A DNA stretch of 64,000 nt. Source: Candidatus Woesearchaeota archaeon. GTDB taxonomy: Archaea > Nanobdellota > Nanobdellia > Woesearchaeales > WJKL01. Positions 1-9,074 of the stretch are shown piece after piece (position 1 is the first letter of the stretch; the number at the start of each line of letters is the position of its first letter). The notes beneath the pieces were generated by a model. It did no database searches and was not told the origin of the DNA. It saw nothing but the letters and a program-made list of their open reading frames with translations. Position numbers and translations under genes: made by a program. The stretch spans positions 3,315 to 67,314 of the forward strand of contig JAZGHU010000015.1 of the NCBI GenBank assembly GCA_036481345.1, read 5' to 3'.

Positions 1-18
1 AATAATGCATCTAATCTG

Positions 19-672
19 TTATTTTTCATTTTCTAAAATTCTTATATCAACAATAGCTGCTGAAGTTTCATTTACAATTATTGGATTAAGATCAAGTTCT
101 CTGATTTTTTTATTTTCAATTGCAAGTTTTGAAATTTTTGTCAATATATCAACTAAAGCAGAAATCTTAACTGGAGATGTTCCACGAGTTCCTTTTAAGA
201 TTTGATTGGCTTTAATTTCATCTATCATTTCTTCTGCTTGCTGTTTGTCTATTGGAGCAATTCTAAATGAAACATCTTTTAGTACTTCTGTAAAGATTCC
301 ACCTAGACCAAACATTAATACAACATCAAATTGAGGATCTCGTTTCATTCCAATGATTACTTCAATTCCTGATTCCATTTTTTGTATTAAGATTCCATCA
401 ATCTTTGCTTTTGGAAATTTCTTTTTTGCTTTGGTTAATATAGAATCATAGGAAGAAGAAAGTTCTTTTTCATCTTGGATATTTGTTTTAACTCCCCCTA
501 TATCTGTTTTATGGAGAATATCTTTTGAGATTACTTTGAGTGCAACAGGATAACCAATTTTCTTAGCAATCGCTACTGCTTTTTCAGGAGAAGTTGCCAA
601 ATCTGATTTTGCAAATGGCAATTTGTATTTTTCTAAAAGTTTTTTTGTCTTTTGAAAGTCAAGTTGTTGCAT
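19..672 (-). CDS. acdB: Acetate--CoA ligase (ADP-forming) beta subunit, ATP-grasp domain
   Basis: GYPVALK, HKTDIGGV, EVIIG-RDPQF, MFGLGG, ELDLNP motifs of the ACD beta ATP-grasp domain. Confidence 0.88.
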   Translation of the reverse strand: MQQLDFQKTKKLLEKYKLPFAKSDLATSPEKAVAIAKKIGYPVALKVISKDILHKTDIGGVKTNIQDEKELSSSYDSILTKAKKKFPKAKIDGILIQKMESGIEVIIGMKRDPQFDVVLMFGLGGIFTEVLKDVSFRIAPIDKQQAEEMIDEIKANQILKGTRGTSPVKISALVDILTKISKLAIENKKIRELDLNPIIVNETSAAIVDIRILENEK

Positions 673-868
673 TTTTATTATGATGGAAGAGGGCGTATTT
701 AAACTTTTTTATAATTTTTAGCAAACCTAAATATTTATATAGGAGTTCTGTTTTTATGACTATTGAGAGATTAACATCACAGTGAAGTGAAAAAAAGTAA
801 TGTATTTATAGTGGTGATATTTATTCGTATAAACGAATAGTAAATTTAAAAAAAGAGGGGGGTTTTAA

Positions 869-1675
869 ATGATTGTTAAAGAAGAATTTTTAAGCAACTT
901 AAGACGGTATTTCTCATTGAACTTGTACGAGGTAAAGATATGGACTGCACTACTTTCTCGAGGAGTGAGTACTGCTGGAGAACTATCAGATATTGCAAAT
1001 GTTCCAAGAAGCAGAAGTTATGATGTTCTTGAAAGTTTAGAGAAGAAAGGATTTGTTGTAATGAAGCTGGGAAAACCGATTAAATATATTGCTGTCCCTC
1101 CTACAGAAGTTGTTGAAAGAGTTAAGAAAAATATGAAAGAAGAAGCTGATGAGAAAATCAAAAGGCTGGAAAATTTAAAAGCAGGAGATGTAATTGGAGA
1201 GTTAAATACTTTACACAACCAAGGAATTGAATTGATTGAGCCGTCTGATTTAAGTGGAAGTTTGAAAGGAAGACATAATCTATATAATCATTTAGAACTT
1301 ACAATAAGAAATGCTGAAAGGGCTGTAACAATAATGACTACAGACAAGGGATTGATGAGAAAAGTTGAAGGATTGAAACCAGTGTTTGAGAAATTAAAGA
1401 AAAGAGGGGTTGCAATTAAGATTGCAGCACCAATCACAAAAGAGAACAAGGGAGTATTGAAAGATGTTTCTTCTGTTGCTGAAGTTAGGAATGTTACAAA
1501 TCCAAGTGCTAGATTTTGTGTTGTGGATGATACAGATATTATTTTTATGTTAATGGATGACAAAGATGTGCATCCAACTTATGATGTAGGAATTTGGATT
1601 AAAAGCCCATTCTTTGCATCGGCGATGAGTAGTTTATTTGACACTGCTTGGAAAGACATGAAGCAAGTCAAATAA
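869..1675 (+). CDS. TrmB family transcriptional regulator
   Basis: N-terminal wHTH (LNLYE...VPRSRSYDVLESLEKKG) plus C-terminal effector-binding domain. Confidence 0.9.
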   Translation: MIVKEEFLSNLRRYFSLNLYEVKIWTALLSRGVSTAGELSDIANVPRSRSYDVLESLEKKGFVVMKLGKPIKYIAVPPTEVVERVKKNMKEEADEKIKRLENLKAGDVIGELNTLHNQGIELIEPSDLSGSLKGRHNLYNHLELTIRNAERAVTIMTTDKGLMRKVEGLKPVFEKLKKRGVAIKIAAPITKENKGVLKDVSSVAEVRNVTNPSARFCVVDDTDIIFMLMDDKDVHPTYDVGIWIKSPFFASAMSSLFDTAWKDMKQVK

Positions 1676-1732
1676 ATTTTTTATTTCTTTTTTTGATAAT
1701 CTTTATATAATAATCATGTCTTTTTGAATATA

Positions 1733-3247
1733 ATGATAGATAAATTAATCAATAAATTGCATCCACTGGAAAGAAAAGTTTTACCTGTTTTAGATAAAGT
1801 TGATAATTTTGATGATATTGTAAAAGAGAGTGGATTGAAAGATGTAGAAGTTATGCGAGCACTGCAATGGCTTTCTAATAAAGAAGTTCTTAAGATAAAA
1901 GAAGATTTAGAAGAAGTTCTTGAGTTAGGAGAGAATGCGAAAGAAGTATTAGATAAAGGTTTGCCTGAGAAAAGATTCCTAGAGATTATTGGGGGGAAAT
2001 CTGTTAAGGAAGGGGAAGTTAGGAAAGAGCTAAATGCCCAGGAATTTGGAGTTAGTATGGGTATTCTTAAGAAGAATTCTGCTATTATTATTAGCAAGGA
2101 AAAAGAAGGAATGGCTTTTAAAGCAACCCCTGCAGCTAAATTTTTATTAAAGAATTTGAAGAAAGTTGAAGATTTTTTATCTAAGAAGTTTCCTATTGCT
2201 CTTGCAAATCTTTCTGAAGAAGAAAGAAAGGTATTTGAGGAGTTAAAAGATAGAAGGGGTTTTGTTAAATTAGAAGTAAGAAAAACAAAATCAATAGAAT
2301 TAACTGAATTAGGAAAGAAATTAATTAAGTCTGGAATAAAAGGAGATGTTGAAGACAAACTAACTGTAGGAATGCTGAAAGATGGCAGCTGGAAGAAAAA
2401 GAAATTTAGGGGTTTTGATGTAAGTATAAATGTTCCTGCTATTCTCGGTGGAAGAAAGCAGCATTATAGAAGGTTTTTGGATGAAGTAAGGCAGAAATTT
2501 TTATCTTTGGGATTTATTGAAAGAGAAGGCCCAATCGTTGAATCAGATTTTTGGGATATGGATGCTTTGTATATGCCTCAGTTCCATTCTGCAAGAGATA
2601 TTCATGAAGCTTATTATATTAAGGATCCCGAATATGCTGAGCTCGATGAAAAAATTGTTAATAATGTTAAGAAAGCACATGAAGATGGATTTGGTACTGG
2701 AAGTAAAGGGTGGCAGTATAAATTTGATACTCAAAGAACAAAACGAAATGTATTAAGAACACATGATACATCTATTTGTGCTAGAACTTTAGCTTCTAAA
2801 GATTTGCAAATTCCTGGAAAATATTTTCAAATAAGCAGGTGTTTTCGATATGATGTTATTGATGCAACTCATCTGCCTGATTTTAATCAAGTTGGAGGAT
2901 TTGTTATTGAAGAAGGTTTGAATTTAAAACATTTATTTGGATTATTGCAGATGTTTGCAAAAGAATTTGCAGATACAGATGAAATAAAATTAGTTCCTGC
3001 TTATTTTCCATTTACAGAACCCTCTGTAGAATTACATGCAAAACATCCTGAATTAGGATGGATTGAATTGGGAGGGGCAGGAATATTTAGACCAGAATTG
3101 ACAAAACCTTTAGGGGTAAATGTTCCTGTTATTGCTTGGGGATTAGGGGTTGGAAGAGTTGCTATGTTTAAACTAGGATTAAAAGATATTAGAAATTTAT
3201 ACAGTCATGATTTAAATATCTTAAGGAAAACAAAGGTGAATCTATGA
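1733..3247 (+). CDS. pheS: Phenylalanine--tRNA ligase alpha subunit (archaeal long form)
   Basis: LRTHDT, CFRYD-IDATH, YFPFTEPS, ELGGAGIFRPE, AWGLG motifs; ATG at 1733 preferred over TTG at 1724. Confidence 0.96.
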   Translation: MIDKLINKLHPLERKVLPVLDKVDNFDDIVKESGLKDVEVMRALQWLSNKEVLKIKEDLEEVLELGENAKEVLDKGLPEKRFLEIIGGKSVKEGEVRKELNAQEFGVSMGILKKNSAIIISKEKEGMAFKATPAAKFLLKNLKKVEDFLSKKFPIALANLSEEERKVFEELKDRRGFVKLEVRKTKSIELTELGKKLIKSGIKGDVEDKLTVGMLKDGSWKKKKFRGFDVSINVPAILGGRKQHYRRFLDEVRQKFLSLGFIEREGPIVESDFWDMDALYMPQFHSARDIHEAYYIKDPEYAELDEKIVNNVKKAHEDGFGTGSKGWQYKFDTQRTKRNVLRTHDTSICARTLASKDLQIPGKYFQISRCFRYDVIDATHLPDFNQVGGFVIEEGLNLKHLFGLLQMFAKEFADTDEIKLVPAYFPFTEPSVELHAKHPELGWIELGGAGIFRPELTKPLGVNVPVIAWGLGVGRVAMFKLGLKDIRNLYSHDLNILRKTKVNL

Positions 3248-3471
3248 TAAGATATGTTGGAGCACTGGGAGCAGGAATATTATTGATAGCTTTTGCTCTT
3301 TTGGAATTTAGAAAATTATCAAGAGAAAAGCCAACATTTCATTTATTGAATTTAATTGGGGCTATATTGCTTTTTGGTTATGCTTATACAATAAAAAGCT
3401 ATATTTTTGTTATTTTGAATTTAGCTTGGGCCTTTGTTGCAATATATGAAATACAGAAGGTAAAGAAATAA
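3244..3471 (+). CDS. Small membrane protein (3 TM, resembles CBU_0592-like family)
   Basis: 75 aa hydrophobic ORF overlapping the pheS stop and ending 1 nt before pheT; LLNLIGA...LN-AW pattern. Confidence 0.7.
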   Translation: MIRYVGALGAGILLIAFALLEFRKLSREKPTFHLLNLIGAILLFGYAYTIKSYIFVILNLAWAFVAIYEIQKVKK

Positions 3472-3472
3472 A

Positions 3473-5140
3473 ATGCCAACAATAACTTTTACATACAAGG
3501 ATTTGAAGAATTTAGTTGGAAAAGATATCTCTATAGAAGAACTTGCAGATCTGTTAGAATATGGAAAGATTGAATTAGATAGTTATGATGAAGAGACTGA
3601 TGAAATAAGTGTGACTGCAGGAGACACTAATCTTCCTTATTTATGGAGTGTAGAAGGAATTGCAAGATTATTGAAAGGATTGGTTGGAAAGCAGAAAGGA
3701 ATTCCACCATTAGAAGTTTTTAAGAAACCAGAACATAAACTTATAGTTGATCAAAGTGTAAAGAAAGTGAGACCGTTTATTGCTGCATTTGTTGCAAAAG
3801 GATGCAAAGTTACGGACAATTCTATTAAACAGATGATTGATCTACAAGAGAAGTTTTGCGCTGGTTATGGAAGAAAGAGAAAGAAAGTAGCAATTGGTGT
3901 TTATAATTATAAGAAGATTAAATTTCCTATTGTGTATAAAGCAACTGCTCCTGAATCAATTAAATTTACCCCATTAGAATATAAAAAAGAGATGACTCAA
4001 CAGGAAATCTTAGAAGATCACCCCGCTGGACAAGAATATGCTTGGATTTTAGAAGGAATGAAAAATTATCCCATACTTATTGATGCGAATGAAGAAGTTT
4101 TGAGTTTTCCACCAATAATAAACTCTAATTACTCTGGAAAGATTGAGATGGGAGATGAAGACTTATTTTTTGAAGCAACAGGAGAAGATTTAGATTCTGT
4201 TTTGCTAGCTGCAAACATATTTGCTCAGGCTTTTTATGAAAGAGGATTTACAATTGAGTCTGTGGATGTAGAATATCCTGATAGGGAACATGATAAGATT
4301 ATAACTCCTTTCTTGTTTGATGAATCAATGAGGATTTCATTAACTCAGGTTAAGGATATGTTAGGATTGGCTTTGAAGGAAGAGGAAATAAAAAAGTTGC
4401 TTGAAAAGATGCAGTATGGATATAGTAAGGGAATTGTTAAGATTCCAAATTATAGAAGAGATATAATGCATCCTGTTGATGTTATTGAAGATATTGCAAT
4501 TGCTTATGGTTATAAGAACATTGAAATGAAAGCAATGGAATCTTATACAAAAGGAAAAACATTTCCAATTGTAAAATTTGTGGATAAGGTTAGAGAGATG
4601 GCTGTTGGATTAGGTTATCAAGAAGTTATGTCAGCAATACTCGCTGATAGGGAAGTTTTGTTTAAAAAGATGAATGTTGATGAATTTAGTTTGATAGAGT
4701 TAAAAGAATATATTTCAGAGAGATATTCTGTTTTGAGAAATTGGCTTCTTCCTATACTCATGAATGTACTTAGCAAGAACAAAAGTGTTGAATATCCACA
4801 GAAAATATTTGAAGAAGGATTAGTTACAGCCAAAAAAGATGGAAAGGCTGTTGATTATCATAGGATTGCAGTTGTTTCAGCGCATGCTACTGCTGATTAT
4901 ACAGAAGCAAGGCAGGCAATTGACTTTATTTTGAAATCATTTGGAGTTGATTATAAAGTTGTTGAAGTAGAACATTCTAGTTTTATAGAAGGTAGAGTAG
5001 GAAGAGTTGTTGTTGAAGGCAAGAAAGTTGCTTATATTGGAGAAATAAGTCCACAAGTTCTTTCTAATTTTGATTTGAATGTTCCTGTATGTGGATTTGA
5101 ATTGAATTTGACAGAATTGTTTGAAGTAATGAAGAAATAA
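3473..5140 (+). CDS. pheT: Phenylalanine--tRNA ligase beta subunit
   Basis: MPTI start, SFPPIINS, YRRDIMHPVDVIEDIAIAYGY, GEISPQVL motifs. Confidence 0.96.
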   Translation: MPTITFTYKDLKNLVGKDISIEELADLLEYGKIELDSYDEETDEISVTAGDTNLPYLWSVEGIARLLKGLVGKQKGIPPLEVFKKPEHKLIVDQSVKKVRPFIAAFVAKGCKVTDNSIKQMIDLQEKFCAGYGRKRKKVAIGVYNYKKIKFPIVYKATAPESIKFTPLEYKKEMTQQEILEDHPAGQEYAWILEGMKNYPILIDANEEVLSFPPIINSNYSGKIEMGDEDLFFEATGEDLDSVLLAANIFAQAFYERGFTIESVDVEYPDREHDKIITPFLFDESMRISLTQVKDMLGLALKEEEIKKLLEKMQYGYSKGIVKIPNYRRDIMHPVDVIEDIAIAYGYKNIEMKAMESYTKGKTFPIVKFVDKVREMAVGLGYQEVMSAILADREVLFKKMNVDEFSLIELKEYISERYSVLRNWLLPILMNVLSKNKSVEYPQKIFEEGLVTAKKDGKAVDYHRIAVVSAHATADYTEARQAIDFILKSFGVDYKVVEVEHSSFIEGRVGRVVVEGKKVAYIGEISPQVLSNFDLNVPVCGFELNLTELFEVMKK

Positions 5141-5527
5141 TTATTTTTTAACTTCTTTCTTAGGCGCTGTTTCTTTTTTCTTTGTAGTCTCTTTCTTTTT
5201 AGATGAAGAGTCAGACTCCTTCGTCTGGGCATCTGGCTTTACTTTTGCTTTTCTAACTTTTCTTGGCCTTTCTGTAGTATCTTTTGATTTCTTTTCTTTG
5301 ATATCTATTTTCAGTTTTTTGAATTCAGAAACAATATCAGTATGAGATGCTCCTTTTTTGATCTTGATAGTTTCTTTTAGCGGTTCAATATGTTTGATAT
5401 TACAGTTTCTTCTTCTTGTTTCACCATCTATTAAGACTGTATTATCATCTATTACATCTACAACTACACATTTCTTTCCTGCGTCTCTTCCTGCAATTTT
5501 AATACATAGTCTTCCGATTTCAATCAT
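5141..5527 (-). CDS. rpl14e: 50S ribosomal protein L14e
   Basis: [23 protein letters not shown]...[12 protein letters not shown]. Confidence 0.95.
   Translation of the reverse strand: MIEIGRLCIKIAGRDAGKKCVVVDVIDDNTVLIDGETRRRNCNIKHIEPLKETIKIKKGASHTDIVSEFKKLKIDIKEKKSKDTTERPRKVRKAKVKPDAQTKESDSSSKKKETTKKKETAPKKEVKK
5207..5235. repeat. Dispersed palindromic repeat, copy 1 (in-frame in rpl14e tail)
   Basis: AGAGTCAGACTCCTTCGTC (5207-5225) is identical to 9132-9150; contains the GAGTC-A-GACTC palindrome. Confidence 0.7.
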
Positions 5528-5591
5528 TTTTCATCCTTTTCGAATCTAAGTTTTATCATCTCTATCAACCAAGTTATTAATGAAATTTTAA

Positions 5592-5903
5592 TCATCTTCT
5601 AGCCCCTTTTATTAGTTTTTTTCTTGTACAACTTGAACATAAATAACCTCCAAATAGTCTTGTTGGACGCTTCTTTGTTTTAGGCAGATTTTTCATCTTT
5701 GAAACAGATTTGTTTGCTGTTCCTGGAAGAACTTTTCCACAGCCAGCACATTTTGCTTTTCCTGTTTTTTTAGCTTTATAATGTGTAACTGTTCTTCCAC
5801 CAGGTGTTTTTACGTATTTTAACTTCTTACTCCTAGATTTAAATCTACCATAACGGCCTTCTCTTTGGATTTTTGCTTTTGTTTTTCTTTTTGATCCTAC
5901 CAT
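5592..5903 (-). CDS. rpl34e: 50S ribosomal protein L34e
   Basis: KTPGGRTVTHY, CAGC, RPTRLFGGYLCSSC. Confidence 0.95.
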   Translation of the reverse strand: MVGSKRKTKAKIQREGRYGRFKSRSKKLKYVKTPGGRTVTHYKAKKTGKAKCAGCGKVLPGTANKSVSKMKNLPKTKKRPTRLFGGYLCSSCTRKKLIKGARR

Positions 5904-5912
5904 GTATATCCC

Positions 5913-6692
5913 TTAATGCAATTTCATTATTTTTCTTAATGTCATACTAAAGATAATTGAAAATATAATATATGTTCCTAGCCAGCCAATTGGCAGCCCT
6001 GGAATTGGTTTTACTTTTTCATTATCAATCTTCAACTGCTGTAATTTGCCTTCTTTTATAACTTTTACGGGTTTTTCGTATGCTTTTTCTTCTGTTATTA
6101 GCAGTTCTTGAGTTTCTTTTTGATCATCAAATTCATATTCTAAAAGATAGTTTCCTGTTACACCTTTTAATATCCATTGAGATTCACATATTTCTTTTGA
6201 ACGAATCCATCCTTTTTCCATACGACATTCAACTTCTTGTGTTGAATCTGAGGTTGTTTCAATTCCTTCTGGTGCAATAAGAGTTATTTCGCCTGAAGTT
6301 CCTCTATCAAACATTGCTGTTGTTGTAAATTCTTGATCAGGAAGAATAGGTTCAAATGCTATATTAGCATTTAACCATCCAAATATCAAAATAATTGGAA
6401 TAAATGTTACTAGAGTTGGCTTCATTGAATGCATCATGTATTTCATGTTTGTTTCCATTGCTCTTTTTTGGACTGCCATGAATTCCTTAGGATTATCTTT
6501 AAGTTCTTTCATCTGTTTTTGGAACTTTTTGATGTCTTCCTTCAAAGCCCTCATAAGATGCTGATCTGTCATCCATTTGTAAACTAGAGTAATTAATACT
6601 GCTACAACTAATGAGATTATTAGAATAGACCAGAATGAAGGTATCCCTAATAATGGTGCCATTATTGGGTTAAGTATAGTTTCAAATGCCAT
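5913..6692 (-). CDS. DUF106 / EMC3-TMCO1 (Oxa1 superfamily) membrane protein
   Basis: TM-coiled coil-TM layout, MKPTL and GWLGTYII motifs, conserved position after secY. Confidence 0.88.
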   Translation of the reverse strand: MAFETILNPIMAPLLGIPSFWSILIISLVVAVLITLVYKWMTDQHLMRALKEDIKKFQKQMKELKDNPKEFMAVQKRAMETNMKYMMHSMKPTLVTFIPIILIFGWLNANIAFEPILPDQEFTTTAMFDRGTSGEITLIAPEGIETTSDSTQEVECRMEKGWIRSKEICESQWILKGVTGNYLLEYEFDDQKETQELLITEEKAYEKPVKVIKEGKLQQLKIDNEKVKPIPGLPIGWLGTYIIFSIIFSMTLRKIMKLH

Positions 6693-6754
6693 TTTTTTAC
6701 CTCGAGTATTCCATAAACTTACGTTATGATTTCATATCGAAATCAAAAGGAAAG

Positions 6755-8143
6755 TTATTCCATAAATTTCCTCATCATTGGATGCATATCATACATATGC
6801 TGCTTTGCAATTTCTTCATATAACTTGTAAATGATCATAACAGTCAATAATATTCCAGTCCCCCTACTTAATGCTCCTGATAAGTCTGCCAATGCTGCTA
6901 TAAATCCAACAGTAATAGCACCCATTACAGTTAAAGGCCAGATGTATCTATTTAATAATCTTTCTAAAACTCTTTGGTCTCTTCTAAAGCCAGGAATTTG
7001 CAGGCCGGAGGACATGATTTGTTTTGCCTGGGATTTTGCATCCATTCCAGATGTCTGCACCCAAAATATTGAAAACATTACAGCCCCTCCGATCATAATA
7101 AGCATATAAACTAAACCATGGGAAACATCTGCAAATGTCAAGCTGCCTTTGATTAATTTTCCAACAAGATCTGGAGAAAATAACCAAGCAACCAAGCCGG
7201 AGGCAGGAGTATTTCCTATAAATGTCCCTAGTATGGGGTGTCCCCAGTTTTGCAAGAGACGCGCCCAGAGCTGAATATTGGCCATCAGCGCGGCAATCAA
7301 TATAACAGGAATGTTAGATGTATATATGAAACTTAATGGCCACCGCATTCCATGGCCCCTAATTCTACCAAAAGATAAAGGAATCTCAACTTTCATTGCC
7401 TGTCCATAAACAGCAATCGCAAATACTAAAATTGTTGATATGACTGCTGCAATCATCAAAGCAGCTGTTATTGGATCTCCTGCTGATAATGATTGGAATA
7501 AAGCTGGAATTGCTCCAGTAGCTATCCCTGGATTAGCTGGAGAGGGCAATGGAGAGAGAGCTCTTATGAATATTTGTTCTGAAACACCTGCTGCGATAAA
7601 TAAGGAGATACCCGAACCAAAACCCCATTTTGATATAACTTCATCCATAAACATAATTAGCATTCCACCAAGGAATAATTGAAATACTAAGATCAATTGT
7701 AATTGGAAATAAATACCTGTTCCAGCAAAAGTTGCTGGCGGAGCTAGGCCTCCCATAAAAACATAGATTATTCCTTCAAATATTACAAAGAAGATTGCCA
7801 ATAGTTTTTGAGTTCCTTGGAATCTTTTTTTGCCTTCATGAGATGTAAGATCAAACTTGATTATCCCTGAACCATTTAATAACTGTAAAACAATAGAAGC
7901 TGTTACTAAAGGACCAATTCCTAATGAAATTATTGATCCAAATTTAGCTCCTAAGATTAAAGATAAATATTCAAATTGTTGTAATGCATTTGATCCTAAG
8001 CCAAACAAAGGTATTAATCCTAAAATGAAGAATATAGCTAAAGTTATGCCAGTCCATTTTAATTTTTCCTTAAAAGCTAATCTTTTTTGCTCAGGACCCT
8101 GGACTTCTGGTAAGTTTGATAATAGATTATCCCACAAACTCAT
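6755..8143 (-). CDS. secY: Preprotein translocase subunit SecY
   Basis: LGIGPLVTASIVLQLL, SKWGFGSGISLFIA, YTSNIPVIL, GTGILL. Confidence 0.98.
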   Translation of the reverse strand: MSLWDNLLSNLPEVQGPEQKRLAFKEKLKWTGITLAIFFILGLIPLFGLGSNALQQFEYLSLILGAKFGSIISLGIGPLVTASIVLQLLNGSGIIKFDLTSHEGKKRFQGTQKLLAIFFVIFEGIIYVFMGGLAPPATFAGTGIYFQLQLILVFQLFLGGMLIMFMDEVISKWGFGSGISLFIAAGVSEQIFIRALSPLPSPANPGIATGAIPALFQSLSAGDPITAALMIAAVISTILVFAIAVYGQAMKVEIPLSFGRIRGHGMRWPLSFIYTSNIPVILIAALMANIQLWARLLQNWGHPILGTFIGNTPASGLVAWLFSPDLVGKLIKGSLTFADVSHGLVYMLIMIGGAVMFSIFWVQTSGMDAKSQAKQIMSSGLQIPGFRRDQRVLERLLNRYIWPLTVMGAITVGFIAALADLSGALSRGTGILLTVMIIYKLYEEIAKQHMYDMHPMMRKFME

Positions 8144-8670
8144 TTTTTAAGTTCCTCAGTCTTTTCAGGAGCAGCTTCTGCTGTTTTCTCTTCTTTGACT
8201 TGAGGTTTTTCAGCAGGAGTCGCCTCCTTTTCTGGTTGGATCACTTCTCCACCTGCAGCTTGTATCTTTTCAATTGCTCCTGCAGAAAATAATGGAGAAG
8301 TTATTTTGAATTTTTTTGTTATTTTACCATTGCCTAAAACTTTATTGAACCCAAGTTTTTTCACATCTACGATGATAATATCTCCTTGTTGTTCAATTAG
8401 TTTTTTTGCTAATAAAGTATTAATTTTTTCTTGAATATAAGAAAGACTAACTGTCTTTATTATCATAAGATTTTTCTTTTTAAATCCGTGCTTTCCAAAG
8501 TAGTTTTTATCTTTCCAGATAGATGGCTTTTTTGCATCTCCTCTTTTGCCTGTTCCAGCCATACCTTTTCCTCCCCTGTTTCCAGCTCCCCTATGTTTTT
8601 TCATAGAGCCCCATCCATGGGAAGTGGATCCACGCCTTCTGGAAAATCTTTTACGTTTGTTTACTACCAT
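8140..8670 (-). CDS. rpl15: 50S ribosomal protein L15 (uL15)
   Basis: RGSTSHGWG...GNRGGKGMAG, KVLGNG, IQAAGG. Confidence 0.96.
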   Translation of the reverse strand: MVVNKRKRFSRRRGSTSHGWGSMKKHRGAGNRGGKGMAGTGKRGDAKKPSIWKDKNYFGKHGFKKKNLMIIKTVSLSYIQEKINTLLAKKLIEQQGDIIIVDVKKLGFNKVLGNGKITKKFKITSPLFSAGAIEKIQAAGGEVIQPEKEATPAEKPQVKEEKTAEAAPEKTEELKK

Positions 8671-8671
8671 T

Positions 8672-9073
8672 TTAAATCATCCTTTTGATTAAATCATTAA
8701 TTTTAGTTCCTCTTGGTCCTAATGCTCCACCTTGTTTGAATGGAATTTTTATTCCTTTTCTTTCAAATCCCTTTCTTGGTGGATGTAATCTGAAATATTT
8801 TTTATCTTTTTCTTGTCTTTTTTCTTTTAATAATGAGGCAGTTTCTTCGTCAACTTCTCCCCAAGTTATGTAAGATTGTACTTTTTTGATCATACCAAGC
8901 ATACTTGGAGATGCATTAACAATAACACATGAATTTTGTTTGTAAAGTTTTAACATGTTAAGAGTATCTTTTACTTCTTTTTTGAGTTTAACAGATCCTC
9001 TAATTCTAACTATTGCAATCTTTTTGTATTGCTTCTTTTCTTCTTTTTGTATCTCTTGGTTTTCTTCTGCCAT
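8672..9073 (-). CDS. rpl30: 50S ribosomal protein L30 (uL30)
   Basis: IAIVRIRG, YITWGE, FRLHPPRKG. Confidence 0.96.
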   Translation of the reverse strand: MAEENQEIQKEEKKQYKKIAIVRIRGSVKLKKEVKDTLNMLKLYKQNSCVIVNASPSMLGMIKKVQSYITWGEVDEETASLLKEKRQEKDKKYFRLHPPRKGFERKGIKIPFKQGGALGPRGTKINDLIKRMI

Positions 9074-9074
9074 T

